DNA of 54,707 bases, from contig CAJXFT010000003.1 of NCBI GenBank assembly GCA_913053235.1, forward strand, positions 1 through 54,707, read 5' to 3'. A program made the translations under genes and the position numbers. The DNA is from an uncultured Alphaproteobacteria bacterium. GTDB lineage: Bacteria > Pseudomonadota > Alphaproteobacteria > UBA828. The notes below the pieces were generated by a model. The model ran no database searches. It had not been told where the DNA came from and saw only the letters and a program-made list of their open reading frames with translations. Below, piece by piece: positions 12,130 through 21,768 of the stretch. Every line of letters begins with the position of its first letter. Within the stretch, counting starts at the first letter, position 1.

Positions 12130-13843
12130 TTTTCTTCGTCGCGTCGGCGTCCACACCGAGCGGCTCTCCGCTCAACACCACGGCAAACAGGCGTTCCGCC
12201 TCTTCACGCGAATAATAGCCGCGCTTTACGTCCCGCAGCACCAATGCCGGATCGCGCTTGTGCGCATCGCCGTAACCGCCGCCGCCGGGCGTCGAAATAT
12301 GCACGCACTCGCCGGCGGCCAGCGCGATGCCCTGATCCTTGGAGAGGTGCGGCGGCAGGTAGACGCCGTCCTGGCGCGCGACGCTGACCCGGTTGACGCC
12401 GCCCGGTGCGCCGCCGGCCATGCCGTTCGGCCCGAAACGGCCATGATCCATCACCATCGAGGCGCGCGCCGTGCCGCTTCTCAGGCGCACCGTGTAGTTG
12501 ATGCCGAAGCCGCCGCGATATTGGCCGGCGCCGCCCGAGCCCTCATGCAGGGAATATTCGTCGAACAGCACCGGATAGCGCTGCTCGAGCACTTCGACGG
12601 GCTGCGATTTCGAGATGCCGATGGTCGAACAGCCATTGGTCAGGCCGTCGCCTTGCGCTGAGCCGCCATAGCCTCCCCCTGAGAAAAAATAGAGCACATA
12701 GGCGCGCCCGCGCTCGGGGTCGTAACCGCCGAGGGCGAAATTGCCCGAGGTGCCGGCGGGCGCGGCGAAGAGGCGCTCGGGAATCGCCTTGGCGAGGGCA
12801 TCGAACACCGCTTCGGCGATGCGCTGGCTCACCTCCGCCGCGCAGCCCGACACGGGCCGGGGATATTTCGCATAGAGGAAGGTGCCCTCGGGATCAATGA
12901 TGCGGAGCGGCTCGAAGGTGCCGGCATTGATCGGCACTTCGGGGAAGATGTGCTTCATGGCCAGATAAATCGAAGATTTGGTGGTCGCCAACACGCTGTT
13001 CATCGGCCCCTGGCAGGGCGGGCTCGAGCCGGAGAGATCAAAGTGGAGCTCGCCATCCCGTTTGGTGATTTTCATGTCGATCTTGAGCGGCTCGTTCACC
13101 ACGCCGTCCGAATCGACATGCGCCACGCCCTGATAGACGCCGTCCGGAATGGTGTTGATGCGGGCGCGCATTTGACGCGCCGCGCGGGCGCGCATCTCAG
13201 CGATGACCGCGTTCACCAGATCGACACCGTATTTATCCAAGAGCGCCGTCAGGCGACGTTCGCCGACGAAGAGCGCCGCCGATTGCGCCTTGATATCGCC
13301 GATGCGCTGGTCGGCGATGCGCATGTTGGAGAGGAAGATCGAGAGAATCTCCTGGTCGAGCTCGCCTTGCTTGTAGAGCTTCACCGGCGGAAAGCGCAGC
13401 CCCTCCTGCTCGACCTCCGTCGCATGGGCGGAGAAGCCGCCCGGCACCATGCCGCCGGTATCCGGCCAATGCCCGGTGTTGGAAAGCCAGGCAAAAAGCT
13501 CGCCCTGGTAATAGAACGGCATGTGAAAGCGCACATCCATGAGATGGGTGCCGCCGAGATAGGGATCGTTGACGGCGAAAATATCGCCGGGCGATATCTC
13601 GGGCGCACGCTCGATGACGGTGCGGGTGGAAAACTGCATGGTGCCGACGAAGACCGGCAGGCCGAGCTCGCCCTGGGCGATCAGCGCGCCGTCCTCTTTG
13701 GAATAGATGCCGTCCGAGCGGTCGAGCGCTTCCGATATCACCGGGCTGAAGGCGGCGCGCACGAAGGCCAGATCCATCTCGTTGCAAACCTGCTGCAAGC
13801 CGCTCTGCACCACCGAAAGCGTGACCGGATCGATATCGCTCAT
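12113..13843 (-). CDS. hyuB: hydantoinase B/oxoprolinase family subunit (pair 2)
   Basis: 576 aa. DPVTLSVV, AFSPVISE, NDPYLGGTHLMD, HWPDTGG, GAGQYRGG, TPGGGGYG. ATGA-coupled to upstream hyuA. Confidence 0.9.
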   Translation of the reverse strand: MSDIDPVTLSVVQSGLQQVCNEMDLAFVRAAFSPVISEALDRSDGIYSKEDGALIAQGELGLPVFVGTMQFSTRTVIERAPEISPGDIFAVNDPYLGGTHLMDVRFHMPFYYQGELFAWLSNTGHWPDTGGMVPGGFSAHATEVEQEGLRFPPVKLYKQGELDQEILSIFLSNMRIADQRIGDIKAQSAALFVGERRLTALLDKYGVDLVNAVIAEMRARAARQMRARINTIPDGVYQGVAHVDSDGVVNEPLKIDMKITKRDGELHFDLSGSSPPCQGPMNSVLATTKSSIYLAMKHIFPEVPINAGTFEPLRIIDPEGTFLYAKYPRPVSGCAAEVSQRIAEAVFDALAKAIPERLFAAPAGTSGNFALGGYDPERGRAYVLYFFSGGGYGGSAQGDGLTNGCSTIGISKSQPVEVLEQRYPVLFDEYSLHEGSGGAGQYRGGFGINYTVRLRSGTARASMVMDHGRFGPNGMAGGAPGGVNRVSVARQDGVYLPPHLSKDQGIALAAGECVHISTPGGGGYGDAHKRDPALVLRDVKRGYYSREEAERLFAVVLSGEPLGVDADATKKTRAGR

Positions 13844-15879
13844 GCCGTCACCTCGATAACCAGATTGCCGAGACCATCGAGCGAAACGCCGTTGTCGGGC
13901 TCAATGACGGTGGTGCAATCGAGCTGTTCGATGATCGCCGGGCCGATGAGCGCGGCATCGGCGGGCAGAAGGTGGCGCCGGTAAACCGGCGTCTCATGCG
14001 CCCGGCCGGCGAACCAGACGGGGCGTTGGTCGCGCCGAGCATCCGTCACACTCACTTGGTTGCCGGCCGCCGCCAGAGCCTCCAGCGGAGCGCCCGGCCG
14101 GCGCCCGATCACGGCCGTATGGAGGCTCACCAGAACGGCGCGGATTTCCGGCAGCTCGACATGAAAGCGCTCGAGATAGGCGGCTTCGAAGGCGGCTTGG
14201 AGTTCCGCCACTTGCACCCCGGTGCCACTGATCGCAACGGTGAGCAGATGGGTCTGGCCCTCGAACTGCATATCGGCGAAATGCAGGCAATCGATGCCGG
14301 TCACGGCGACCCCTTCGCGCTCGATGGTGGCCCGGCCTTCGGCGATCTGCGCTTCCAGGATGGCGCGCGCCGCGTTGATATCGAGAGCCGAAAGCGGCGC
14401 GTTCAGCGTGTTTACATAATCATGCCGCAAATCGGCGGTGATGCAGCCGATGGCGTTGGTGATGCCGGGGCACGCCGGCACCAGCAGGCGCGGGATGCTC
14501 AATTCGCGCGCCAATGCGGCGGCGTGCATCGGCCCGGCGCCGCCGAAGGCGAACAGGGTGAAATCGCGCGGGTCATGGCCGCGCGCCAGCGTCACCATGC
14601 GGATGGCGCCGGCCATGCGGTCATTGCCGATATCGATGATCGCCGCCGCCGCCGCCTCCAGCCCGAGCCCGAGCGGCGCGCCGATTTCACGCATCACCGC
14701 ATCGCGCACGGCTTTGAGCGGCGCTTCACCGGCGACGCCCAGGAGGTGCGCCGGATCGAGGCGCCCGAGCAGCAGGTTGGCGTCGGTAATCGTCGGCCGC
14801 GCACCGCCCCGGCCATAGCAGATCGGCCCCGGCTCGGCGCCGGCGCTCTCCGGCCCGACCTGCAACATGCCGGCCTCGTTGACGAAGGCGATCGAGCCGC
14901 CGCCGGCGCCGATGGTATGCACGTCGACCATCGGCACGTGAATCGGCATGGCGTATTCGAGCTCCATCTCGGCGGTCACGTCGGGCACGCCGCCCTGCAC
15001 CAGGCCGACATCGCAACTGGTGCCGCCGGTATCGAAGGTGATGAGATTGTCGATGCCGGCGGCGCGCGCCGTCGCCGCCGCCGCCATGACGCCCGAGGCG
15101 GGGCCGGACATCACCGTCTTGACCGCCGCCTCGGCGGCGATGGCGGAGGAGATGCTGCCGCCATTGCCTTGCATGACCAGGAGATCGTGGCGAAAGCCGC
15201 CATCGGCCAATTCGCGCCGCAGGTTCTCGAGATAGCGTTGCAGGACGGGCTGCACGGAGGCGTTTACCGTGGCCGTCACGCCGCGCTCATATTCGCGGTA
15301 TTCGGAAAGGATGGCATGGCCGGCCGTGATGTATGCGTTGGGCCAAATCTCGCGCGCGATTTCCACGGCGCGGCGCTCATGCGCCGGATTGCGGTAGCTG
15401 TGCAGGAAATGCACGACCAGCGATTCGCAGCCCGCCGCGATCAACCGGCGCACCGCCTGGCGCAGCGCTTCCTCGTCCAAGGGCGTCAGAACATTGCCTT
15501 CGGCATCCATGCGCTCGGCCACCTCATAGCGCAGTTCGCGCGGCACCAGGGGCGTGAAACTTCCGAGCAGGCCATAGGGCCGCGGTCGGGTGCGCCGGCC
15601 GAGCTCGAGTACGTCGCGAAAGCCCTTGGTGGTGATCAGCCCGCAACGGCTGAGCTTGCGTTCCAACAGGGCATTTGTGGTGGTGGTGGTGCCGTGGCTG
15701 ATATTGGCGGCGGAGGCCAATTCAACCCCGGCTTCGGCCAGCGCCGCCATGAAGCCCTCGGCCTGATTGGCCGGCGTGGTCGGCACCTTGGCGATGCGCA
15801 CATCGCCGCCGCCGGGCTCCATATAGACGAGATCGGTGAAGGTGCCGCCCACATCGACGCCGACAATGGCTTCGTTCAT
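13840..15879 (-). CDS. hyuA: hydantoinase A/oxoprolinase family ATP-binding subunit (pair 2)
   Basis: 679 aa. DVGGTFTD, HGTTTTTN, REYER, SGPASG, DTGGTS, GAGGGS. ATGA-coupled to the UPF0280 gene. Confidence 0.92.
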   Translation of the reverse strand: MNEAIVGVDVGGTFTDLVYMEPGGGDVRIAKVPTTPANQAEGFMAALAEAGVELASAANISHGTTTTTNALLERKLSRCGLITTKGFRDVLELGRRTRPRPYGLLGSFTPLVPRELRYEVAERMDAEGNVLTPLDEEALRQAVRRLIAAGCESLVVHFLHSYRNPAHERRAVEIAREIWPNAYITAGHAILSEYREYERGVTATVNASVQPVLQRYLENLRRELADGGFRHDLLVMQGNGGSISSAIAAEAAVKTVMSGPASGVMAAAATARAAGIDNLITFDTGGTSCDVGLVQGGVPDVTAEMELEYAMPIHVPMVDVHTIGAGGGSIAFVNEAGMLQVGPESAGAEPGPICYGRGGARPTITDANLLLGRLDPAHLLGVAGEAPLKAVRDAVMREIGAPLGLGLEAAAAAIIDIGNDRMAGAIRMVTLARGHDPRDFTLFAFGGAGPMHAAALARELSIPRLLVPACPGITNAIGCITADLRHDYVNTLNAPLSALDINAARAILEAQIAEGRATIEREGVAVTGIDCLHFADMQFEGQTHLLTVAISGTGVQVAELQAAFEAAYLERFHVELPEIRAVLVSLHTAVIGRRPGAPLEALAAAGNQVSVTDARRDQRPVWFAGRAHETPVYRRHLLPADAALIGPAIIEQLDCTTVIEPDNGVSLDGLGNLVIEVTA

Positions 15880-16718
15880 ACCGCACCCGCGGCCGTCTTA
15901 ACCCGGCCCTGAAGCGAGAGATAGGCGCTGAATATGAGCCCCGCCTTTCGCATGTCGGCGGCGCGGGCGAGGCCGGCATCGAGCGCAAGTTCAACCGCCT
16001 CAGCCGGCAAGTCGCCCACCGCCACCGTCACCGGCATGTCGCCGAGGTCGCTATCGTCGGAGAGAGAACTCGCCGGCGCGCGCTCGACCGCCGCATGGTC
16101 GACAGTGACGGCATTGGCGATCAGCGTCGCCGCGACATCGGCCTCGGCGGCGCAAGCGGCGAGCACGGTCACCGCATCGGCGATGCCGAGTGAATGCGAG
16201 CGCCCGCGCCAGCCCGAGGTCGCCAAGCCGCGCACCGGCATGTCATGCGCCAGGCTGACACGCGCGCCCATGGCCGGCGCGTCGGCATCATCGACGATAC
16301 CGGCGGCGAACGATTGGCCGGGCGCCAGGTGAAAGGCGATATCGCCGCCATTGTTGCAATAAACCCGCCTCAGATCGCGCCCCGCCGTCAGCGCGGCCAA
16401 TACTTCATCGGCGACGGCGCCGGCCACCGCAACCATCGGCGTCACGAAAGCATCGCGGTGCGGCCACACCGCGTCGGCCATGCGCCGCGCCACGGCGCCG
16501 TTGAGAAGCGGCCGCTTCGCGCCGACGGGTGCGCGCAGGCGCGGCAATTCGGCCACCAGTTCGTCGAGGATCGAGGCGAAGCGTTTTCCGGCCTGCTTGT
16601 AGGCGGTCTTGACTTCCGTTTCTTCTCCTTCGGCCAAGGCGATGATATCGATGGGGCCGTGATTGAGATGCAGCCGCCGGCCATCGCCGAGCAATGCTAT
16701 TTGCGCCGCTTCCGTCAT
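15876..16718 (-). CDS. UPF0280 / ApbE-like family protein
   Basis: C-terminal 280 aa of the 741-aa ORF, starting at ATG 16718 (ATGA overlap with hnr stop). RLHLNHGPID, TPMVAVAGAVADE, NNGGDIA, ATSGWRGRSHSLGIADAVTV, ADVAATLIANAV. Confidence 0.85.
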   Translation of the reverse strand: MTEAAQIALLGDGRRLHLNHGPIDIIALAEGEETEVKTAYKQAGKRFASILDELVAELPRLRAPVGAKRPLLNGAVARRMADAVWPHRDAFVTPMVAVAGAVADEVLAALTAGRDLRRVYCNNGGDIAFHLAPGQSFAAGIVDDADAPAMGARVSLAHDMPVRGLATSGWRGRSHSLGIADAVTVLAACAAEADVAATLIANAVTVDHAAVERAPASSLSDDSDLGDMPVTVAVGDLPAEAVELALDAGLARAADMRKAGLIFSAYLSLQGRVKTAAGAV

Positions 16719-18154
16719 AGCGGCCAAGGGTTGGCGTCGTTCCAGGCGTCGACGCGCAGCTTGCCGTCCCGCCCCGGCACCTGATCGAGCCCGATGATGG
16801 CCCCGACATGGCCGCCAAGCGCCGCATAATCGCTGCGCGTCAGGGTGAACTCGATCGGTGCGACAAGCGCCGGGGTCGGCACATAGCCGAATGAATTCTC
16901 CGGCATGCGCGTGACATCGACCATCAGGGTGATGCCGCCGCCGGGCCACACATAGACCGGCGCGCCGCCGCAGGTCACCCGGGTCAGCGCCGCTTTCACC
17001 GATCTGGTGAGGCGCACCGGATTCTCGGTCACCCCGGAACGCAGACTGCCGCCGGCGCCGGCCATGAACAGCACCGTCGACAGCGCCGGCTCGCAATTTT
17101 CGGCGATGCGCGCTACCACCGTTTCGATCTCCGCCGGCATGTCGCCGGGCACCGGCACCAGATCGTCGTCGAGCACGTACCAGGCGGCATCCTCGCCGGT
17201 GGTCGAAACCATATGCAGGCGCAGGCCCGGCCAGGCCTTCTCGGGATCGATGCGCTCGATGATTTGCAAGGGGTCGTCGATGTCGGTGCCGCCCCAGCCC
17301 GAGCCGTGTCCGGCGACCTGAAAATAGCGCCCCGGCGTCGAGCGCCGCCCGCGCACGCGGATACCGGCCGGCGGCACATCGAGAAAGCGCCCCGCCTGAT
17401 GCTCGCTCATCACGCCGGTAATATGATCGTCGACGACGATCACCTCGTCGGCATGGCCGAACCATTGCTGGGCGAACATGCCCATGGCGGCGGAGCCGCA
17501 GCCGACGCGCATGCGCTGTTCCTGCTCGCCGTCGACGATCGGCGGCGCCCCCGCCTGCACCACGACGGCCGAGCCGCCATCGACTTGCAGTTCCACCGCT
17601 TCGCCGTTGCACATGGCGAGGAGCGCGTCGCAGGTGACCGTGCCCTCGCGCTTGGAGCCGCCGGTGAAATGGCGCACACCGCCGAGCGAGAGCATCTGCG
17701 AGCCATACTCCGCCGTCGTCACATGGCCGACCGGCTCGCCCTGGCAGCGCACTTGTGCCTGCTCGGGCCCGAGATAGCGGTCGGTATCGATCTTCACCTT
17801 GACGCCGCAATAGCTGAATATGCCTTCCGAGACGACGGTCACCATATCGACGCCATCGATCTCGGCGGAAACGATGAACGGCGCCGGCTTGTAATCCGGA
17901 TAGGTGGTGCCGGCGCCGAGCCCGGTGACGAAGCTCTCGCTCGGCTTCAGCATCTCGCCCGACCAGTCCTTGGCGCCTTCCATGAGCGGCACCAGTCTGT
18001 CCGAGCGGCTCGCCACCAGCAGCGCATCGAGGCGCGCGAGCCTGCCGCCCAAATTGGCGTAGCGGTCGCAGGCGCCGGCCTTGCCGTCGCGAATGCGGCA
18101 CAGCACCGGGCAGGCATCGCAGCGGAGGATGCCGTCGTCGCTTTCAGCCATCAT
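16715..18154 (-). CDS. hnr: 6-hydroxynicotinate reductase
   Basis: 479 aa. N-terminal CDACPVLC...GACDRY Fe-S motif, GAGTTYPDYKPAPFIV, EGIFSYC, RMRVGCGSA, GRRSTPGRYF, GAGGSLR.GVTENPV, WPGGGIT. Follows the Mo-hydroxylase genes. Confidence 0.85.
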   Translation of the reverse strand: MMAESDDGILRCDACPVLCRIRDGKAGACDRYANLGGRLARLDALLVASRSDRLVPLMEGAKDWSGEMLKPSESFVTGLGAGTTYPDYKPAPFIVSAEIDGVDMVTVVSEGIFSYCGVKVKIDTDRYLGPEQAQVRCQGEPVGHVTTAEYGSQMLSLGGVRHFTGGSKREGTVTCDALLAMCNGEAVELQVDGGSAVVVQAGAPPIVDGEQEQRMRVGCGSAAMGMFAQQWFGHADEVIVVDDHITGVMSEHQAGRFLDVPPAGIRVRGRRSTPGRYFQVAGHGSGWGGTDIDDPLQIIERIDPEKAWPGLRLHMVSTTGEDAAWYVLDDDLVPVPGDMPAEIETVVARIAENCEPALSTVLFMAGAGGSLRSGVTENPVRLTRSVKAALTRVTCGGAPVYVWPGGGITLMVDVTRMPENSFGYVPTPALVAPIEFTLTRSDYAALGGHVGAIIGLDQVPGRDGKLRVDAWNDANPWPL

Positions 18155-20882
18155 TTTGCTCCTCAGCCAGAATCGCCGCCCGCAGCCGGTGCGGCAGCGC
18201 CGGCGCGCGCGTCAGGCGAACTCCCGTGGCGTCGCGGATGGCGCCGAATATCGCCGGCGCCGTCGGGATCAATCCCGGCTCGCCGACCCCCTTGGCGCCG
18301 TAGGGGCCGAGCGGTTCCTCCTCCTCGACGACCAGCACTTCGATTTCGGGCATGTCGCCAATGGTGGGAATCAGGTAATCGTGCAGATTGTCGCTCCGCC
18401 CGGGCACATATTCCTCCATCAGGGCGAGGCCGAGGCCCTGGGCGATGCCGCCCTGCACCTGGCCTTCGACCTGGATCGGATTGATGGCGCGCCCGACATC
18501 GTGCGCGGCGGTGATTTTCAGCACGCTCGTGGTTCCCAGTTCCATATCCACTTCCACCGTGGCGATCTGGGCGGCGAAGCTGTAGGTGGCGTAGGGCGAG
18601 CCCTGGCCGTTCTCATCCAGCCCAATTGTCGGCGGGTCGAAAGTTCCGCGCCCCTGCATAACCGCGCCATCCTGGTCCATCGGCAATTTGGAAAGATCGA
18701 TCTCATGTTGCCCGCCGCCGTCGCGCACCGTCACGATATTGCCGGCCAGCTCGATTTCGGACTCAGGCCCGGCATTGGCGTGGCGCAGGATATGCCGCCG
18801 CAGATCCTCGCCGGCGAGCTGCGCCGCCCTGCCCGAGACGAAGGTCTGGCGCGAGGCCGAGGTCTTGCCGGCATCCGCCGTCAGATCCGTATCGCCGACG
18901 GTTTGTTCGATATGCGCCACCGGCAGGCCCAGCCCGTCGGCACAAATTTGCGCTATAACGGTGGTCGAGCCCTGGCCGATATCGACGGCGCCGTTGTAAA
19001 GCTTCAGTTTGCCGCCGCTGTCGAGAGCGATGCGCATGGTCGAGGGGTTGCTGAGCCCGGTATTGCCGATGCCGTACCACATGCAGCCGATGCCGACGCC
19101 GCGGCGGCGCTCTCCGGCGCTGGCGTTAAACGCGCTCACCTGGTCGAGCGCGGCGCGCCAATGGGGCGCCAATAATTCGAGACATGGCGCGAGGCCGGCG
19201 CTGGCTTCCAGCACCTGCCCGGTGCCTGTGGCCTGGCCGGCGCGCAGCGCGTTGACGAGGCGAATTTGCAGGCGGTCGATGGCGAGTTTCTCGGCGAGAT
19301 CGTCGAGCATCGTCTCATGGGCGATCGCCGCCTGCGGCACGCCGAAGCCGCGAAAGGCGCCGCAGGACGGGCCGTTGGTCAACACCGCGCGGCCGCTGGT
19401 CTCGACATTGGGCACATGATAGGGGCCCATGGCGTGCACCGGCACGCGCCCGGCCACGGTCGGCCCCCAGGAGGCGTAGCCACCGGTATTGACGTCGGCA
19501 TGGAATTTGACCGCCTGCAAGCGGCCCTCACCGTCGCAGCCGAAGCGCGCCGTCATGAAGGCGGGATGGCGCTTGGTGGTGCTGATCATGCTTTCTGGGC
19601 GGCTGTAGATGCAGGCCACCGGGCGCCCGGTGAGCCAGGCGGCGAGCGCGACCAGGGGCTGCACCGAAAGATCGAGCTTGCCGCCGAAGCCGCCGCCGCA
19701 GGCGGTCGGGATGACGCGCACGTCTTCAGGCGCCAGCCCGAGCACGCCGGCCACCTCGTCGCGGTCCATTATCGGCGTTTGCGTCGAGACGTGGATTTCC
19801 ACCCGCTGCCCGACGCGCCGCGCCCAGCCCGCCTCGGGCTCGATATAGGCATGCTCGACATAGCTGGTTTCAAACTCGCCCTCGGCAATGGCGGCGCAGC
19901 TTTCGAAGGCGGCGCCGGCATGGCCTTTTTTCACCCGGCCCTCGGCGAGGATATTGCCGGGCCGGTCGGCATGCAGTTGAAAGGCGCCGGACGCCGTCGC
20001 CGAGGCGATATCATGCATGGCGTCGAGCGGCTGATAGGTGATCGGCAGGTCGCCATCGCGTATCGCCTCCACCGCAGCGCGCTCGCCGACCAGTGCCACC
20101 ACGCCCTCGCCGCGAACCCGCACCAAGCCCTCGGCCAGGACCGGCTGGTCCTTGCGGCCGGGCAGGATGGCGTAGAGATTTTGTGGCGCGTCGGCTGCCG
20201 TCAGCACGCGCGCGATGCCGGGATGGGCGGCCATAAAGGCGTCCATATCTCCCAAGGTAAAGCGCGCGAACGCGCGCGGCGAGCGCACCACGCGCAGCCA
20301 CAGCGCGTCTTCGGGGATAGCGTCGGCGCCATATGTCTCGGCGCCGCTCAGCATGGCCAGGCCGTCGGTCTTGGCCAGGCGGGCGCCGACCGCCGCCCCC
20401 GCCGGCGGCGCCTCGCCGCTTCCTTCTCCGTCAATATCGAGCACCGCTTCGACGATCTTGATATAACCGGTGCAGCGGCACAGCACGCCGCCCAGCGCAT
20501 CTTTCACTTGGCTCCCGTTCGGCCGCGCCACCCGCGCCAGCAAATCGCTCGCCGCCATCAGCATACCGGGGGTGCAGATGCCGCATTGCGCCGCGCCATG
20601 GCGCTGGAAGGCGGCTTGCAGCTTGTGCAGGGAGGCGCCGTCGGCGAGGCCCTCGACCGTCGCCACCCGGCGCCCCTCGGCCTGACCCAGCGGCACCATG
20701 CAGGCGCATACCTGTTCGCCGTCGAGAAGCACGGTACAGGCGCCGCAATCGCCGGCATTGCAGCCGATCTTGGTGCCCTTCAGGCCGAGATCGTCACGCA
20801 ACACGTCCGAAAGGCGCTTGACGCCGGGGGCGCTCACTGCGACGTCACGGCCATTGACGTTAATATGCACCGCCGCGCTCAT
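18144..20882 (-). CDS. xanthine-oxidase-family Mo-hydroxylase, fused [2Fe-2S] + molybdopterin subunit (nicotinate dehydrogenase-like)
   Basis: 912 aa. GCNAGDCGACTV and QCGICTPG...CRCTGY Fe-S motifs; GGGFGGK, AFRGFG, SASRQT and GAKGVGE Mo-site motifs. Confidence 0.9.
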   Translation of the reverse strand: MSAAVHINVNGRDVAVSAPGVKRLSDVLRDDLGLKGTKIGCNAGDCGACTVLLDGEQVCACMVPLGQAEGRRVATVEGLADGASLHKLQAAFQRHGAAQCGICTPGMLMAASDLLARVARPNGSQVKDALGGVLCRCTGYIKIVEAVLDIDGEGSGEAPPAGAAVGARLAKTDGLAMLSGAETYGADAIPEDALWLRVVRSPRAFARFTLGDMDAFMAAHPGIARVLTAADAPQNLYAILPGRKDQPVLAEGLVRVRGEGVVALVGERAAVEAIRDGDLPITYQPLDAMHDIASATASGAFQLHADRPGNILAEGRVKKGHAGAAFESCAAIAEGEFETSYVEHAYIEPEAGWARRVGQRVEIHVSTQTPIMDRDEVAGVLGLAPEDVRVIPTACGGGFGGKLDLSVQPLVALAAWLTGRPVACIYSRPESMISTTKRHPAFMTARFGCDGEGRLQAVKFHADVNTGGYASWGPTVAGRVPVHAMGPYHVPNVETSGRAVLTNGPSCGAFRGFGVPQAAIAHETMLDDLAEKLAIDRLQIRLVNALRAGQATGTGQVLEASAGLAPCLELLAPHWRAALDQVSAFNASAGERRRGVGIGCMWYGIGNTGLSNPSTMRIALDSGGKLKLYNGAVDIGQGSTTVIAQICADGLGLPVAHIEQTVGDTDLTADAGKTSASRQTFVSGRAAQLAGEDLRRHILRHANAGPESEIELAGNIVTVRDGGGQHEIDLSKLPMDQDGAVMQGRGTFDPPTIGLDENGQGSPYATYSFAAQIATVEVDMELGTTSVLKITAAHDVGRAINPIQVEGQVQGGIAQGLGLALMEEYVPGRSDNLHDYLIPTIGDMPEIEVLVVEEEEPLGPYGAKGVGEPGLIPTAPAIFGAIRDATGVRLTRAPALPHRLRAAILAEEQNDG

Positions 20883-21724
20883 GCCCGGGCGCCCAATTCA
20901 TTCAAGGTCCGGCGCACCAGGGTCAGGGCGGCGTCACGGCGATACGCGGCCGAGCCGCGAAGATCGTCGAGCGGCGCCAGATGCGCCAGATGCGCAGGTG
21001 CCACAAACTCTCCCAGCGCGGCGCCGCAAGGCCGCCCGACCAGCGCCTCTTCGAGAGCCGGCAGGCGGCAGGCGATCTCCGAACAGGCGCCCACCGCGAG
21101 GCGCGCCGCGCTGACGTTGCCGCCCTCGTCGATTTCCACGTTCGCCGCCACCATGACGATGGAGATCACCAGATATTTGCGCGCCCCGAGCTTGAGGAAA
21201 TGCCCGGCGGCGCGCGCCTGGCGCGGCTTGGGCAGGATCACGGCGGTCAGGAGTTGGTCGGCACCGAGCGCCGTCCTGCGCGACCCCAGAATGAAATCTT
21301 CGAACGCCAGGTTTTGTGTGCCTTGCGCCGACGATAATTCGACCGAGGCGCCGAGGCTGAGGAGCGGCGGCACCCCGTCGGCCGCCGCACTTGCGTTGCA
21401 CAGATTGCCGCCCAGCGTGCCCCTGTTCTGGACCTGCACGCCGCCCACTTGGCGCGCCACCAGCTTGAGGCCGTCGAATAGCGGCGGCAGATCGGCGGTG
21501 ATGATATCGCTCCACGTGGTGAGCGCGCCGAGGCGCCAATGATCGGCGCGCTCCTCGATGGCCCGCAAATCCTCGATGGCGCTGATGTCGAGCACGTCAT
21601 CGTCAGGCACCTGATCGACCCGCGCGGGATAAAAATCGGTGCCGCCCGCGAGCACGCTCCAGGGCGCGGCGCCGAGCGCCTCCAATGCCGGTTTCAGCGT
21701 CTCGGGGCGTAAATATTCAGCCAT
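20879..21724 (-). CDS. Mo-hydroxylase FAD-binding subunit (CoxM/NdhF-like)
   Basis: 281 aa. LAGGTD, QVQNRGTLGGNLCNAS..AD, FLKLGAR. ATGA-coupled to the large subunit. Confidence 0.9.
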   Translation of the reverse strand: MAEYLRPETLKPALEALGAAPWSVLAGGTDFYPARVDQVPDDDVLDISAIEDLRAIEERADHWRLGALTTWSDIITADLPPLFDGLKLVARQVGGVQVQNRGTLGGNLCNASAAADGVPPLLSLGASVELSSAQGTQNLAFEDFILGSRRTALGADQLLTAVILPKPRQARAAGHFLKLGARKYLVISIVMVAANVEIDEGGNVSAARLAVGACSEIACRLPALEEALVGRPCGAALGEFVAPAHLAHLAPLDDLRGSAAYRRDAALTLVRRTLNELGARA

Positions 21725-21729
21725 GAGAA

Positions 21730-21758
21730 ATCATATGTATACATATGAATAGCGTCAA
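21730..21758 (-). promoter_or_regulatory. sigma70 promoter with embedded 18-bp perfect palindrome (MarR operator candidate); leaderless transcript predicted
   Basis: Minus strand reads TTGACG-N17-TATGAT-ttctc-ATG. The palindrome TCATATGTATACATATGA (21731-21748) covers the spacer and the -10 element. Confidence 0.8.
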
Positions 21759-21768
21759 CCGGCGGCGC

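Noticed and set aside
15876-18101. 741-aa ORF suggesting a large fusion protein
   Set aside because: The first ~460 aa are an Arg-rich alternative frame of hnr. The real gene starts at the ATGA overlap at 16718.
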